This document shows, one piece after another, positions 52,871-64,000 of a stretch of 64,000 nucleotides of DNA (the stretch's first letter is position 1; the number at the start of each line of letters is the position of its first letter). Origin of the DNA: an uncultured Planctomycetaceae bacterium (GTDB lineage: Bacteria; Planctomycetota; Planctomycetia; Isosphaerales; Isosphaeraceae). The stretch is taken from NCBI GenBank assembly GCA_963833985.1, contig CAWIAD010000001.1, forward strand, positions 512,001 through 576,000. The letters are read 5' to 3'. Below the pieces are notes generated by a model. It was not told the origin of the DNA and ran no database searches. It saw only the letters and a list, made by a program, of their open reading frames with translations. The position numbers and the translations under genes were made by a program.

Positions 52871-55144
52871 TCAGGGTCGGCTCGTCTCCGAGCTGCCAGC
52901 GGCGGGCTTGATGCGAAAGGCATTGATCTCGCCGCCGGTCGCCACCAGGACCAGCGGGCTGCCGGCCGTTTCGGGCACGGCCCAGGCGACCCTGGGGGTC
53001 ATCCCCTGGCCGGCCACCTGGCCCACGATCCGGCCGTGTACCGAGTCCACCACGCAGACCCTGCCCCCGCGCATTCCGGCTGCCGCCAGATGACCCGTCG
53101 GCGAGACCGCAAGCGAGTCGCAGTGCGTTGCATCGGCCGGAAGCGTGAGCTTCCAGACGCGCTTGCCCTGGCCGTCCAGCGCGGCCATTTCCTGGTCCGA
53201 GGCTCCCCGGCCAACCACCAGCACGAGAGCGTCGCGCTGCGGGAGGCCCGAGCGACCGGGCGCCATCCGTACCATGTTGGCATAGAGCCCGGCGGTCAGG
53301 GTCTCTCCGGCCTTGCCGTCCGGGGCGTTGGAGAGATGCACCTGGCCGCTGGCGGAGGTGCAGATCACATCCGGCTTGCCCTGACCGCTCAGGTCGCCGG
53401 CGGTCACGTGCCAGACGTTGGCGAGGTCTTCACGCTTCCAGAGCCGCTTGCCGTCGGCGGCGAAGACATGAAGCCCGGTCATGCCGTTGTAGCCGACGAT
53501 CACCTCGTCCACACCGTCGTTGTTCAAGTCGGCGGTCCAGACGTCGTCGATGCCCTGGCCGCTCGGCCCTTCCCAGAGCCTGGTCCCATCGCTTCGGGAC
53601 ACAAGAAAGGCGCCTTGCCAGGTCTGGAACGACACCACTGCCTGCACGTCCCCCGCGAAACGTGCGAGTCGGAGCTGGTCATGGTCCCGGGCCGAGATCT
53701 GGAACGTCCGAATCGTCTTGCCCGCCGCGTCGAGCACTTGACACCGGCCCTGCCGCATGAGGGCGTAGATCGTCTTCCCCTGCGGATCGGTCGCCACGCC
53801 CGCGAAAGGCTCACTGGCGGTCCAGGCCAGCTCCAGCCCTTCCGTCTTGGGAGCCTCCTTGCTCACATCACGGCGCTGGCTGGCAACGCTCTTTCCGGCC
53901 AGCAGCGCGTCGAGCTCCTTGCCCAGGGTCTCCTTGATCGACGGGTTGTAGCCCAGGTGCACGGACTGGACGATGCCGTCCTTGTCAATCAGTACCAGGA
54001 GCGGGATGGCATCGGCGTGGTAGGCCTTGCCGACCTCGCCCTCGGTGTCCAGAGCGACTTTCATGGACAGCTTCTTGTCCTTCAGGAACTTGCGGATCTC
54101 ATCGGGCGTCTCCTGCTGATTCACCGCGCAGAAGACCACGCCCTTGTCCTTGTACGCCGAGGCAACCTCGACGAGCAGGGGCAGCTCCATGACGCACGGC
54201 CCGCACCAGGTGGCCCAGAAATCGAGCATCACGACGCTCTTGCGGTGGTCCTTCAGGCGAAACTCGCCCTCGTCCAGCAGCTTCAGCGTCACGTCCGGAG
54301 CCGGCTTGGACAGCAAGGGCGAGGGCGGCTCCGGAGCATTGGCACCCGGTCCCTCCGTGAGACTCCTGACCTTGAGGCTACCCAGTGGAGGCTGGAACGC
54401 GAACGTCTGCTCGTTGATGCCCTGGTCGAAACGCCAGCCCTTGAAGGACTGGACCATCTCGAACTTCTTGCCCTTGAGCTGCGCGGCCAGCGGGGAATTC
54501 CCCAGCATCCTGGTGAGATCCAGGACCACGCGCTGGACGACCGGGTCGCCCTCCGCGGCCACCCACATCTCCCAGTCAAACTGATCCTGGGTGAACTTGA
54601 GGTGGTGCGCCTTGCCGCCTTCGACCGGTTCCAGGCCAGCGTCCGTGACGGTTTTCACGCCTTCCATGACCTTCGTGTAAGGATCCGCGGCGCACAGGTC
54701 CGGAACGAGCGAGAATTGCAGGGCCGCCCGGGCGATCGGGTCCTCCTGCAACGCCTCGAGCGACGCGGGCGCGGGCACCTGAGTGAACTTTTTCATCCCA
54801 ACGACGGAGAGGGAGAGCGTCTTGCCATCGCTCACGATATCGAACCCTGGCATGGCCCCTTTCGACCGCGCGGCGAACCGGTTCGGCCGCTCGAAGGCCA
54901 CGCTCGTGGTCGTCTTGATGGACTGCCCGGCGATCTTCTGCTCCTGCTCCACGTCGGCCAGGATGGAGTGGGCCCGCTTGTAAAAGTCGGCCATCCGGCG
55001 GACGACGGCCTCCGCGCTGGCTGGTCCGGCCGGCTGGCTGGCCGGCCCGGCTCCCTGGGCCAGTGCCGCGGTTTCCGGCGCGTTCAGGATCGGAATGCAC
55101 AGGAACATCAGTGCGGTACTCCTCAAGGCCCGGTGCGTGATCAT
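52871..55144 (-). CDS. Secreted DUF2092/LolA-like plus TlpA redoxin plus beta-propeller protein
   Basis: Signal peptide; ERPNR, DQFDWEMWV; DFWATWCGPC; ADLNNDG.DE FG-GAP-like repeats. Confidence 0.8.
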   Translation of the reverse strand: MITHRALRSTALMFLCIPILNAPETAALAQGAGPASQPAGPASAEAVVRRMADFYKRAHSILADVEQEQKIAGQSIKTTTSVAFERPNRFAARSKGAMPGFDIVSDGKTLSLSVVGMKKFTQVPAPASLEALQEDPIARAALQFSLVPDLCAADPYTKVMEGVKTVTDAGLEPVEGGKAHHLKFTQDQFDWEMWVAAEGDPVVQRVVLDLTRMLGNSPLAAQLKGKKFEMVQSFKGWRFDQGINEQTFAFQPPLGSLKVRSLTEGPGANAPEPPSPLLSKPAPDVTLKLLDEGEFRLKDHRKSVVMLDFWATWCGPCVMELPLLVEVASAYKDKGVVFCAVNQQETPDEIRKFLKDKKLSMKVALDTEGEVGKAYHADAIPLLVLIDKDGIVQSVHLGYNPSIKETLGKELDALLAGKSVASQRRDVSKEAPKTEGLELAWTASEPFAGVATDPQGKTIYALMRQGRCQVLDAAGKTIRTFQISARDHDQLRLARFAGDVQAVVSFQTWQGAFLVSRSDGTRLWEGPSGQGIDDVWTADLNNDGVDEVIVGYNGMTGLHVFAADGKRLWKREDLANVWHVTAGDLSGQGKPDVICTSASGQVHLSNAPDGKAGETLTAGLYANMVRMAPGRSGLPQRDALVLVVGRGASDQEMAALDGQGKRVWKLTLPADATHCDSLAVSPTGHLAAAGMRGGRVCVVDSVHGRIVGQVAGQGMTPRVAWAVPETAGSPLVLVATGGEINAFRIKPAAGSSETSRP

Positions 55145-55295
55145 GGCGGCAGCTCCCTGGAACCTGAGACGGGCGAACAGACCACAGCTCAGGATTCTCC
55201 TCTGGATCTCGTCGTCTTACAAGGATCAATGTCCCTCCGCGACCACACTGGCAGGGGCCGGCGTCTGGCCTGGGCCACGAAGTCTCTCGGCCCAC

Positions 55296-55324
55296 TTGAC
55301 ACGTACGTACGTGTGTACTACCGT
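55296..55324 (+). promoter_or_regulatory. Sigma70-like promoter overlapped by a 16-bp palindrome
   Basis: TTGACA (55296-55301), N17, TACCGT (55319-55324); ACACGTACGTACGTGT at 55299-55314. Confidence 0.6.
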
Positions 55325-55465
55325 AGGTCGAGACACGAACCGGTGCGGTGGTCCTGGAGACGACGGAGAGAATCTTCATGGAGCGAGATCGGATAGGTCG
55401 GAGGCGGCGTCCGGAGCAGGAGCGCGGGCTCCGGCCCTTGCATCCGCTGTTGCCGGAGGCTCTGG

Positions 55466-55696
55466 ATGAGCAAGGCCGTGCGGGTTTCCATGTCCGAGGC
55501 CGACTGGTCGCGGTTCGAGGCACTGGCGCGGGCGCTGGCACCGGCCGTGCCCACCCAGGCGCGGGCATACGGCCTGGCCCTGTCAACCCTGATGAACTCC
55601 GCGAAGCTGCCCGCGGCCGAACCCGGCCCCCTCGACTGGATGGACTGGGAACGCCGCAAAACCATGCATTTACTTCATTCCAGCTCGAGACGGTGA
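55466..55696 (+). CDS. Small protein, ribbon-helix-helix-like
   Basis: GGAGG RBS, strong GC3; strand KAVRVSM, helix SEADWSRFEALARAL, second helix. Confidence 0.6.
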   Translation: MSKAVRVSMSEADWSRFEALARALAPAVPTQARAYGLALSTLMNSAKLPAAEPGPLDWMDWERRKTMHLLHSSSRR

Positions 55697-55739
55697 TGAG
55701 GGGTCTGCCGCTCCCGGCACGGCCCGGTCAGGACCGTGA

Positions 55740-57137
<1,398 letters not shown>

Positions 57138-57228
57138 GTCATCGCGCCAGCGGGCAGCGGGCATTGCCCCGCTGCCCGCAGCCTGCTCATGACAGGCAAG
57201 AATGGCTGTTCTCCCCATGCTCTCCACT

Positions 57229-57362
57229 GCCGACTGCCGCCCTGGTGGGCCTCGCCTGCGGCTCGACCCACCCTACAAACTGCCCACGGCCCACGGCCGA
57301 CTGCCGCCCTGGTGGGCCTCGCCTGCGGCTCGACCCACCCTACAAACTGCCCACGGCCCACT
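57229..57362 (-). repeat. Two 67-bp tandem units with GTAG-type REP
   Basis: GGTGGGCCTCGCCTGCGGCTCGACCCACCCTAC at 57244-57276 and 57311-57343. Confidence 0.88.
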
Positions 57363-57381
57363 GCCCAGCAAGGAACGATCC

Positions 57382-58710
57382 ATGCCCGACATCCGACCCT
57401 TCCACGGCGTCCGTTATGACGTGGCTCAGGTGGGGGCGCTGGCCAGCGTGGTTGCCCCCCCTTACGACGTCATCGATGCGCAGCTCCAGGAGCGGCTGTA
57501 CCACGCAAGCCCGTACAACGCCATCCGGCTGGAGCTGAACCGTGGCGAGCCGGATGACACCGGCGCCGAGAACCGCTATACCCGCGCGGCGGGCTTCCTG
57601 AAGACGTGGCAGCGCCAGGGTGTCTTGCGGACCGACAATCAGTCGTCGCTCTACCTGTATGAGCAAAGCTTCGACGTCGAGGGGACAACCTTCACCCGGA
57701 AAGGGTTCCTGGCGCGGGTGCGGCTGGAGCCATTCGGGGCGGGTAAGATCTTCCCGCACGAACAGACGCTGGCCGGGCCGAAGGCGGATCGGCTGGCGCT
57801 GTACCAGGCCACGGGCTTCAACCTGAGCCCCATCTTCGGGCTCTACCCCGATCCAGTCCATGAGGTCATCCGCACGGTCGAGGCAGGCCTGCGCGACCGG
57901 ACGCCGCTGGAAGCCATCGACCACCTGGGCGTGGTCAACCGTCTCTGGCTGGTGACGGACCCGGCCACGCATACGGGTGTCGCCGGGCTCATGGGGGCAC
58001 GCGCCATCTTCATCGCGGACGGACACCACCGCTACGAGACCGGCCTCAGGTACCGGGAGCTGCTCGCCGAGACCGGACAGATCCAGGGAAGCGAAGATCC
58101 GGCGAACTTCTGCATGATGATGCTGGTGGGCATGAGCGATCCCGGTCTGCGGATCTTGCCCACGCACCGCCTGGTCGCCGGGCTGCCCGGCCTGCGGTCC
58201 GAGGAACTCGCCCGGCGGCTCGCCCCCGAGTTCGAGATCGAACCGATGGGAACCGGACCGGGGGCCTGCCACGCCGCCTGGGACGTGATCGAACGCTCAG
58301 GCGAGCAGGAGCTGCTGGGTTTTGGCACTGCGGCCGACGAGACGTGGATCGTGGCAAGGCTCCGGTCCGACGCCACGATGGACCGGCTGGCCTCGAGCCA
58401 CAGCGCCGAGTGGCGGGCGCTCGGTGTGAGCATCCTGCACGTGCTGGCGCTCGACCACCTGGTCGCGGGAGGGCGGACCGGGGGAACGGCCGCGTCCGAG
58501 GCAGCGAGCCAGACCATCCGCTACGTGCATCTGCTCCGCGAGGTCCAGGACGACATTGCCGCGCGTGGCTGCGACCTTGCCTGTCTGGTGCCCCCGGCGC
58601 GAATGGAGCATGTGGAGGCCATTGCCTCAGGCCTCGAGACGATGCCGCCGAAGAGCACCTACTTCTACCCCAAGCTCTTGACAGGCCTGGTGTTCAACCC
58701 GCTGCGGTGA
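57382..58710 (+). CDS. DUF1015 family protein
   Basis: RPF.G.RY, APPYDVI, PHEQT....K.DR, IADGHHRYET, MPPKSTYFYPK..TG. Confidence 0.9.
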   Translation: MPDIRPFHGVRYDVAQVGALASVVAPPYDVIDAQLQERLYHASPYNAIRLELNRGEPDDTGAENRYTRAAGFLKTWQRQGVLRTDNQSSLYLYEQSFDVEGTTFTRKGFLARVRLEPFGAGKIFPHEQTLAGPKADRLALYQATGFNLSPIFGLYPDPVHEVIRTVEAGLRDRTPLEAIDHLGVVNRLWLVTDPATHTGVAGLMGARAIFIADGHHRYETGLRYRELLAETGQIQGSEDPANFCMMMLVGMSDPGLRILPTHRLVAGLPGLRSEELARRLAPEFEIEPMGTGPGACHAAWDVIERSGEQELLGFGTAADETWIVARLRSDATMDRLASSHSAEWRALGVSILHVLALDHLVAGGRTGGTAASEAASQTIRYVHLLREVQDDIAARGCDLACLVPPARMEHVEAIASGLETMPPKSTYFYPKLLTGLVFNPLR

Positions 58711-58720
58711 GGTCGGCGCC

Positions 58721-59752
58721 TCATTCCGGCCGCACGGGCGACGGGGGCGGTGGCGGCACGCGCTCGCCCTCGGACGCCGGGGGAGCCTCCATGGCCGGCG
58801 CATCGAGCGCCGGCTGCTGTGCGCCGGCCTGCGACTGGAACGGCGAGGGGCGAGGATCCACTGGCGGGAGCGTTGGAGCAATGCGCGGAACTTCCGCCTG
58901 CGGAGCACCGTTGCCGTCGGTCGTGGCACGCGAACGAGCCCACGACTGAGCCGGCTGCGAATTCTGGCTGAGGGCGGCACGCCGATCTCGTAGTGACCGC
59001 AATGCCGCGGCCGCGGCGTCGCGAACCTCTTGCTTCTTCTCGTAGATGATACAGCGCTCGAGGACGACCTCGGACTCGTTGCCTCCCAGCTCTCCCAGAG
59101 ACGTCGCCGCGGCGACGCGCACGTCCCTGGACGAATCGTACTTCAGGACGTGGATCAGCGGGGGAATGCCCCGAGGATCGCCAAGCTGGCCCAGTTCGCG
59201 TGCACCATCGCGCCGGCTGGAGGCGTGAAAGCTCTGTAACTTCTGGCCGGCCAGGACCACGGGGTCAAGCGGGTTGGGCTGTCCGGCGGGTGCCGGCTGG
59301 CCGCCTGCCATGGCGCCGGGCTGAGCGTACCCGGCGACCCCGGGAACCATACCCGGAGCAACCCCACCCCCGGCGTAACCACCGCCAAACCCGCCACCGA
59401 AAAAGGGGATGGTGATGATCGGTGCCGCGGCGATGCCGAATCCCCAGGAGTTGATCGGACGCGGTGCGAAGAAAGGCAGGGGACGGAAACCGAAGCCGCC
59501 GCCGGGGAAACCGCCCCAACCGCGCTGGATCGTCGTGCTCCGCTCAAGCGTGCCGCCCGGCCGCTGGATTTGAAGCTGGCGGGAATAGCCGCCCGGCCCG
59601 CGCTGGATGTCGACCTGGCGATCGATCGTGCGGCCGCGTGGGCCGGTGACCCGGGTGTCGCGCTGCACCGTTTGCGCATGCATTGATGGTGCGGCAAGCC
59701 AGATGAGCCCGGAAACCGTGAGCCAGACGCCCAGCCTGTACGAGCGGATCAC
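58721..59752 (-). CDS. Secreted HEAT-repeat protein with Gly-rich region
   Basis: Signal peptide, TGPRG, Gly/Phe-rich stretch, 'RR..A.ELG.LGD', 'D....VR.AAA.SLG', Pro-rich tail. Confidence 0.75.
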   Translation of the reverse strand: MIRSYRLGVWLTVSGLIWLAAPSMHAQTVQRDTRVTGPRGRTIDRQVDIQRGPGGYSRQLQIQRPGGTLERSTTIQRGWGGFPGGGFGFRPLPFFAPRPINSWGFGIAAAPIITIPFFGGGFGGGYAGGGVAPGMVPGVAGYAQPGAMAGGQPAPAGQPNPLDPVVLAGQKLQSFHASSRRDGARELGQLGDPRGIPPLIHVLKYDSSRDVRVAAATSLGELGGNESEVVLERCIIYEKKQEVRDAAAAALRSLRDRRAALSQNSQPAQSWARSRATTDGNGAPQAEVPRIAPTLPPVDPRPSPFQSQAGAQQPALDAPAMEAPPASEGERVPPPPPSPVRPE

Positions 59753-60138
59753 AGCGCACCTCCCTGCGAGCTGTCGCCAAGAACCTGGCAATCCCAGATA
59801 TCGGGCAGGCGAGATCGCCGCCCGCGCCGGATTCTCGCGACTGCTCCGAGAACTGGGAAGGTCAATCATCGGCAATGAGAACCGACCGCTTCGTTCTTGA
59901 TCGGTTCCAGGACGGCTTCGCCTCCAGGGAAAACCAGGAGGACGCTTCGAGCTCCGGCCAAAGTGGCTCCGGATGGCAACATGGTGCCGCCTTTAAGAAA
60001 AATTAATCGAGTTTGCCATCGCATTGCCGCATCGGAGTCATTAAAGTTCATAAAGCAAGCAAGCGCCCGATGATTGACGCCTGCTGCCACTACGGCGTGA
60101 GCCAGAACAACGCGGTAGCCTTCTCGAATTCGGAGGGG

Positions 60139-60423
60139 ATGGTGAAGCCCGCACGTCCCAGATCGACCCGCCCGACGAGAGTGGCGCTGGAGGTGACTGC
60201 CCGGAGGTTTCACCTCGAGTCGGAAGGAGCAGTCCCTTGTTGCCCTTCATGCGATCAGTTACTCAACCTGCATCAGCCGGACGAGAACCAACCCGGACGA
60301 CTTCTGGCAACCTGTGATGCCTGTTTGAAATGGTATCTTCTGTTCGAGGCGGGTGAGGGTGCAAACCAGTTCGTGATGGTGGAACTACCGGACTGCACCA
60401 TGGTGGAACTGCCCCACGATTGA
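60139..60423 (+). CDS. Small Cys-motif (putative Zn-finger) protein
   Basis: GGAGGGG RBS; CPSC...L.LHQPD....RLLATCDAC..W. Confidence 0.6.
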   Translation: MVKPARPRSTRPTRVALEVTARRFHLESEGAVPCCPSCDQLLNLHQPDENQPGRLLATCDACLKWYLLFEAGEGANQFVMVELPDCTMVELPHD

Positions 60424-60440
60424 GCCCCGTGAGGCGACCT

Positions 60441-62787
60441 TCATTTCAGACGCTTTCCCTTCTTGCCCGGCTTCCGAGACTTGTGTTTTTTGCCTTTCTT
60501 CAGAACGCCCTTGCGCGATTCGCTCTTGAGCGATGCCCGGGGGTGACTGCTGGCGGCCGGCCTGGCCGCTGGACTTCCGGGCTTGCCGGCTGCCCGGCCT
60601 GCCCCTGAGGCAGAGGCAGAGGCAGAGGCAGAGGCGTTGGGAACGGGTTTTCGCCTTTGCCACTGCGACAAAGGTGCATCGGCGAGCACCAGGTCGAGTT
60701 CCCGCCGGTCGAGGTCCACATGGGCGACGCGAATCTGAATGCGGTCGCCAAGCCTGTGCCGCCGGCCCGAGCCGCGCCCGACCAGCGTATGGGTCCCCGG
60801 TTCAAGGTAGTAATAGTCGCCGGCCAGGCTGGTGACATGGATCAGGCCCTCGACGGGCAGCTCGACGAGCCGGCAGAAGAGCCCGAAGTCCTCCACGCCG
60901 ACGACGATGGCGTGAAACGCCTCGCCGATCCTCGTTTCCAGGTGTGTGAGCAGCTTGATGCGGATGAGCTCGCGCTCGGCGGCCTCCGCGCGCCGCTCGG
61001 TCCGCGTGCAGTGCTCGCCCAGGACGAACAGCTCATCGATCTTGCCGCGCGGTTTCTTGCCGGCCAGCAGCGCTGTCAACTGGCGGTGCACCTGGAGGTC
61101 GGGATAGCGGCGAATGGGTGAAGTGAAGTGGCAGTAGTCCTCACTCGCCAGCGCGTAGTGTCCCTCCGGCTCGGGAGTGTAGGTCGCCTGTTTCAGGCTC
61201 CGCAAGAGACCGAAATGGACGGCGTACTCCTCCGGCTTGCCCGCCGTCTCGCCGAGAATCCGCTGGAGCTCGAAGCGGCTCTGGGGCAGCTCCAGCTTCA
61301 GACCCAGGCTGCGTGCGAACTCGGCGAAGCTGTCCAGCTTGAAAGGGTCCGGATCGGGATGGACCCGCCGCAGAAATGCGGCGCCGTGCTCGGTGAGGTA
61401 CGCCGCGACCGCCTCGTTGGCCGCAAGCATGAACTCTTCGATCACCTGGTGGCTCTGGTCGTTCAGGGCCACATGAGCTCCGGTTACCTGGCCATTGTCT
61501 CCCAGATCAATCTCGATCTCGGGCAGGCTCAGCTCCAGGGCGCCCCGGGCAAACCGCCGGCGCCGCAGCAGCATCGCCAGCTCCAGCATGAGCGTCACCG
61601 TCCGGGTCACCTCCGGGGCCATCTGCGGAGTTGCCCGCTCGGGATGGCTCATCAGCTCCATGGCCTGCTCGTAGGTGAAGCGATGATCCACCCGGATGGC
61701 CGAACGGGCAAACTGCGCGCACGGTGAGGACGCCCTCGGCATTGAACTCCAGCAGAGCGCTCACCGTGTACCGCGTGCGCTGGGCCTGAAGGCTGGCCAG
61801 GCTGTTGGAGAGCACCTCGGGGAGCATCGGGATTACCCGGTCGGGAAGGTAGACGCTGGTGCCGCGCTGCCGGGCCGCGCGGTCCAGCTCGGATCCGGTA
61901 CGCACGAAATGGGACACGTCCGCGATGTGAACGCCCAGGCTCCAGTCGCCGCGCTCGTCGCGCTCCAGCGAGATCGCGTCGTCGAAATCACGCGCGGTGG
62001 CCGGGTCGATGGTCACGGTCACCACGTCGCGGAGGTCGAGCCGATCGCCAATGACGTCTTCGGAGAACTCGCTCGCCTGCTCGCGCGCCTCGGCCAGCAC
62101 CTCGGCGTCGAAGGTATCGGGAATGCTGAACGCGCGGATCACCGAAAGCGTATCGACCCCTGGCGCACCGCGCTGACCCAGCAATTCGGTGATCACCCCC
62201 TCGCCCTCGAGATAGGGCGTCGGGTAACGGACAATGTCCAGGGCAACCTTGTCACCCGGTTTGGCACCCTTGGCGCCGGGATCTCCGACGAAGATCGGGG
62301 CGTGAAACGTTGTCCCGTCGATCTTCACGTAACCGGCCGGCCCCTCCTCGAAGTAGGTGCCCACGAACTGGCCGGAGGCGCGGGCGAGGATCTGCACGAT
62401 CCGCCCTTCGATGTTCATTCCCCGGCGCCGGGAGGCCTTGATGATCTTGACGACAACCTCGTCGCCGCTGGACGCGTCTCCGGCCTCCTCCGGCGCGATG
62501 TAGATCTGGTCGGGTCCGCCGCTCGTGGGGTGGGGACGGACAAACCCGAACCCCCGCGCCGAGCGTCGGAACAGGCCGATGATCGCGCCGGTACGATCGG
62601 GCTTGCGCAGCGTCTTGTCCCGGGCCAGTTCCAGCTTTCCTTCCTTCACCAGATCCTTCACGGTCTGACGGAACTCGGCGTAGTCGTCGTCGGCCACGGC
62701 GAACCTGCGCGACATCGCCTTCAGCGTCACGGGCACGTAATCGGGCCCGGCCACCAGCTTGAGGACTTGCTCGGCAAAGTCTGCCAC
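60441..62787 (-). CDS. rnr: Ribonuclease R; frameshift near 61718
   Basis: GFGFV, TIDP.TARDFDDA, HIADVS, IEEFMLAAN, HFTSPIRRYPDL, S1 domain, Lys-rich tail. Confidence 0.94.
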
Positions 62788-62804
62788 GTGATCCCTTCCT
62801 CCGG

Positions 62805-64000
62805 TCATTCCGGATCGAGGCCGGCACGCCAGGGCACCCGACCGGCCCGGTTCGTCCGGGACCAGGCCAGCCACCCGCTCAGCGCCAGCAGAATGACACC
62901 CGCAAGATGCAAACCGTAACCGATTTCCAGGCCGACCGGGCGTACCTCGAGCACCAGCCGGCCCGTCTCGTCGGCCCGGGCCACGAAAGGTACAGTCATC
63001 TCGGCAACGCGCTGGCCGGCGAAGGCTTGCCTGCCGTTGACGCGCCACCAGGAGCCAGGGTTCTGGTTGACCTCGACCTCCTGTCCGGGCTCCACGTCGA
63101 ACACGATCCGGTTCGGACTCCAGAAGCTGGGCTCGACCTCACGATCACCGCTCCACGCTTCGCCCCGGTAGCCCGCATCCTCGCGCGCGGCGGACCGAAG
63201 GGGCGTTGCGGCGATAGCCCAGCATGGGCTCGTAGCCTTCAATCACGCCGTAACGCCGCCGACCCGCGGGGTAGCCGTAAGCCTGCCGGACATTGACGAT
63301 CGTGGGAACCGGCGGGCCCGGAAAAAGCGCCGTGGTAGGCCGGACGCTGAACGCCAGGCGAAGCTGGACATGCGCGAGGCTTACCAGGTCCGCGCCGATC
63401 ACGACCACCAGCAGCGCGGCGCAGCCGCGCAAGGCGGCATTGGCCGAACCGCGCCAGCGCGCCAGCACGCTTCCGGCGGCCAGACCGAGTCCCAGCAGCG
63501 CGACGTAACGCCAGCGCGTCACCACGTGCGCCGAGCCGATCAGGGGCCAGCTTTGTAGCCAGTAGCTCGGCTGGTACCACTGCAACGACCCGATGGCCAG
63601 CCAGGCGCAGCAGGCGGTCAGCGTATGCCACCAGCGCCAGCCTTGCGCGAGGCTCAGAACTCCCAGCACGACGACCACTGGGCCGACATAGGACGTCAGG
63701 GAGACGAAATCGGCATGGTGCTGACCGGGGATCACCTCGTACCAGTTGGCCGGCGGCCGGGCGAGCAGGTAGTGCAGGATCGACAGCGGCGTCTCGTCCC
63801 AGGTGGTGATCCGCTCGCGCTGGTCGCAGGCGAGCACGGGTAAGACCGTGGCCAGCCTCCAGCCGCAGAGCAGCAGGCACGCGCCGGCCGCGGCCAGCGT
63901 GTTGATGAAGAGTGTGAGGCGCTGGCCTGCCGGCTGGACTCGCACCTGGCGGATCCAGACCAGGCCCGCCAGGACCCCGCCGTACAGCGTGAGGTAGTTG
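62805..64000 (-). CDS. Multi-TM membrane protein (possibly GT-C/YfhO-like), truncated by window edge; frameshift near 63185
   Basis: Hydrophobic ORF 63145..63945 open toward the edge, 'YVG', 'RWR'; continues in 62805..63242 (WSPNRI, NQNPG.WW, final TM). Confidence 0.65.

Noticed and set aside
60607..60635. (GAGGCA)n microsatellite as a phase-variation tract
   Set aside because: In-frame hexamer encoding an Ala-Ser linker in the disordered RNase R tail.

Overview
High-GC bacterial chromosome segment, most likely a planctomycete of the Isosphaeraceae type. This is inferred from the Tat-exported Gfo/Idh/MocA enzyme, the Ser/Thr kinase, the long TatC, the tandem ABC permease and the small Zn-ribbon proteins. 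Core genes: fabZ, trmB, purF, proB, tatC, hom, apgM-like, glgP, efpL/yeiP, ahcY and rnr. Also present are an RND efflux operon, an ABC cluster and a PAS-kinase/PP2C signalling cluster. The richest part is 11.4-21.2 kb. It holds (i) a mosaic array of covarying double-hairpin repeats, (ii) an uncharacterised 'ANRRNA-STGP' protein whose C-terminus is built from 291-bp units that each carry a REP and paired AACGAAGCCAAT boxes, (iii) a RAYT transposase bracketed by two architecturally matching GTAG-REP arrays, and (iv) an intact IS1634-family element inserted exactly at a REP GTAG foot (19-bp IRs, 6-bp target duplication). Other oddities: a secreted Asn/Tyr-rich 18-aa repeat protein, an RHH-like ORF with a palindromic operator upstream of ahcY, and a decayed IS66. 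About 13 frameshifts cluster at GCGC and are probably sequencing artefacts. No rRNA, tRNA or CRISPR array was recognised. All calls are by eye from motifs; no database searches were run.
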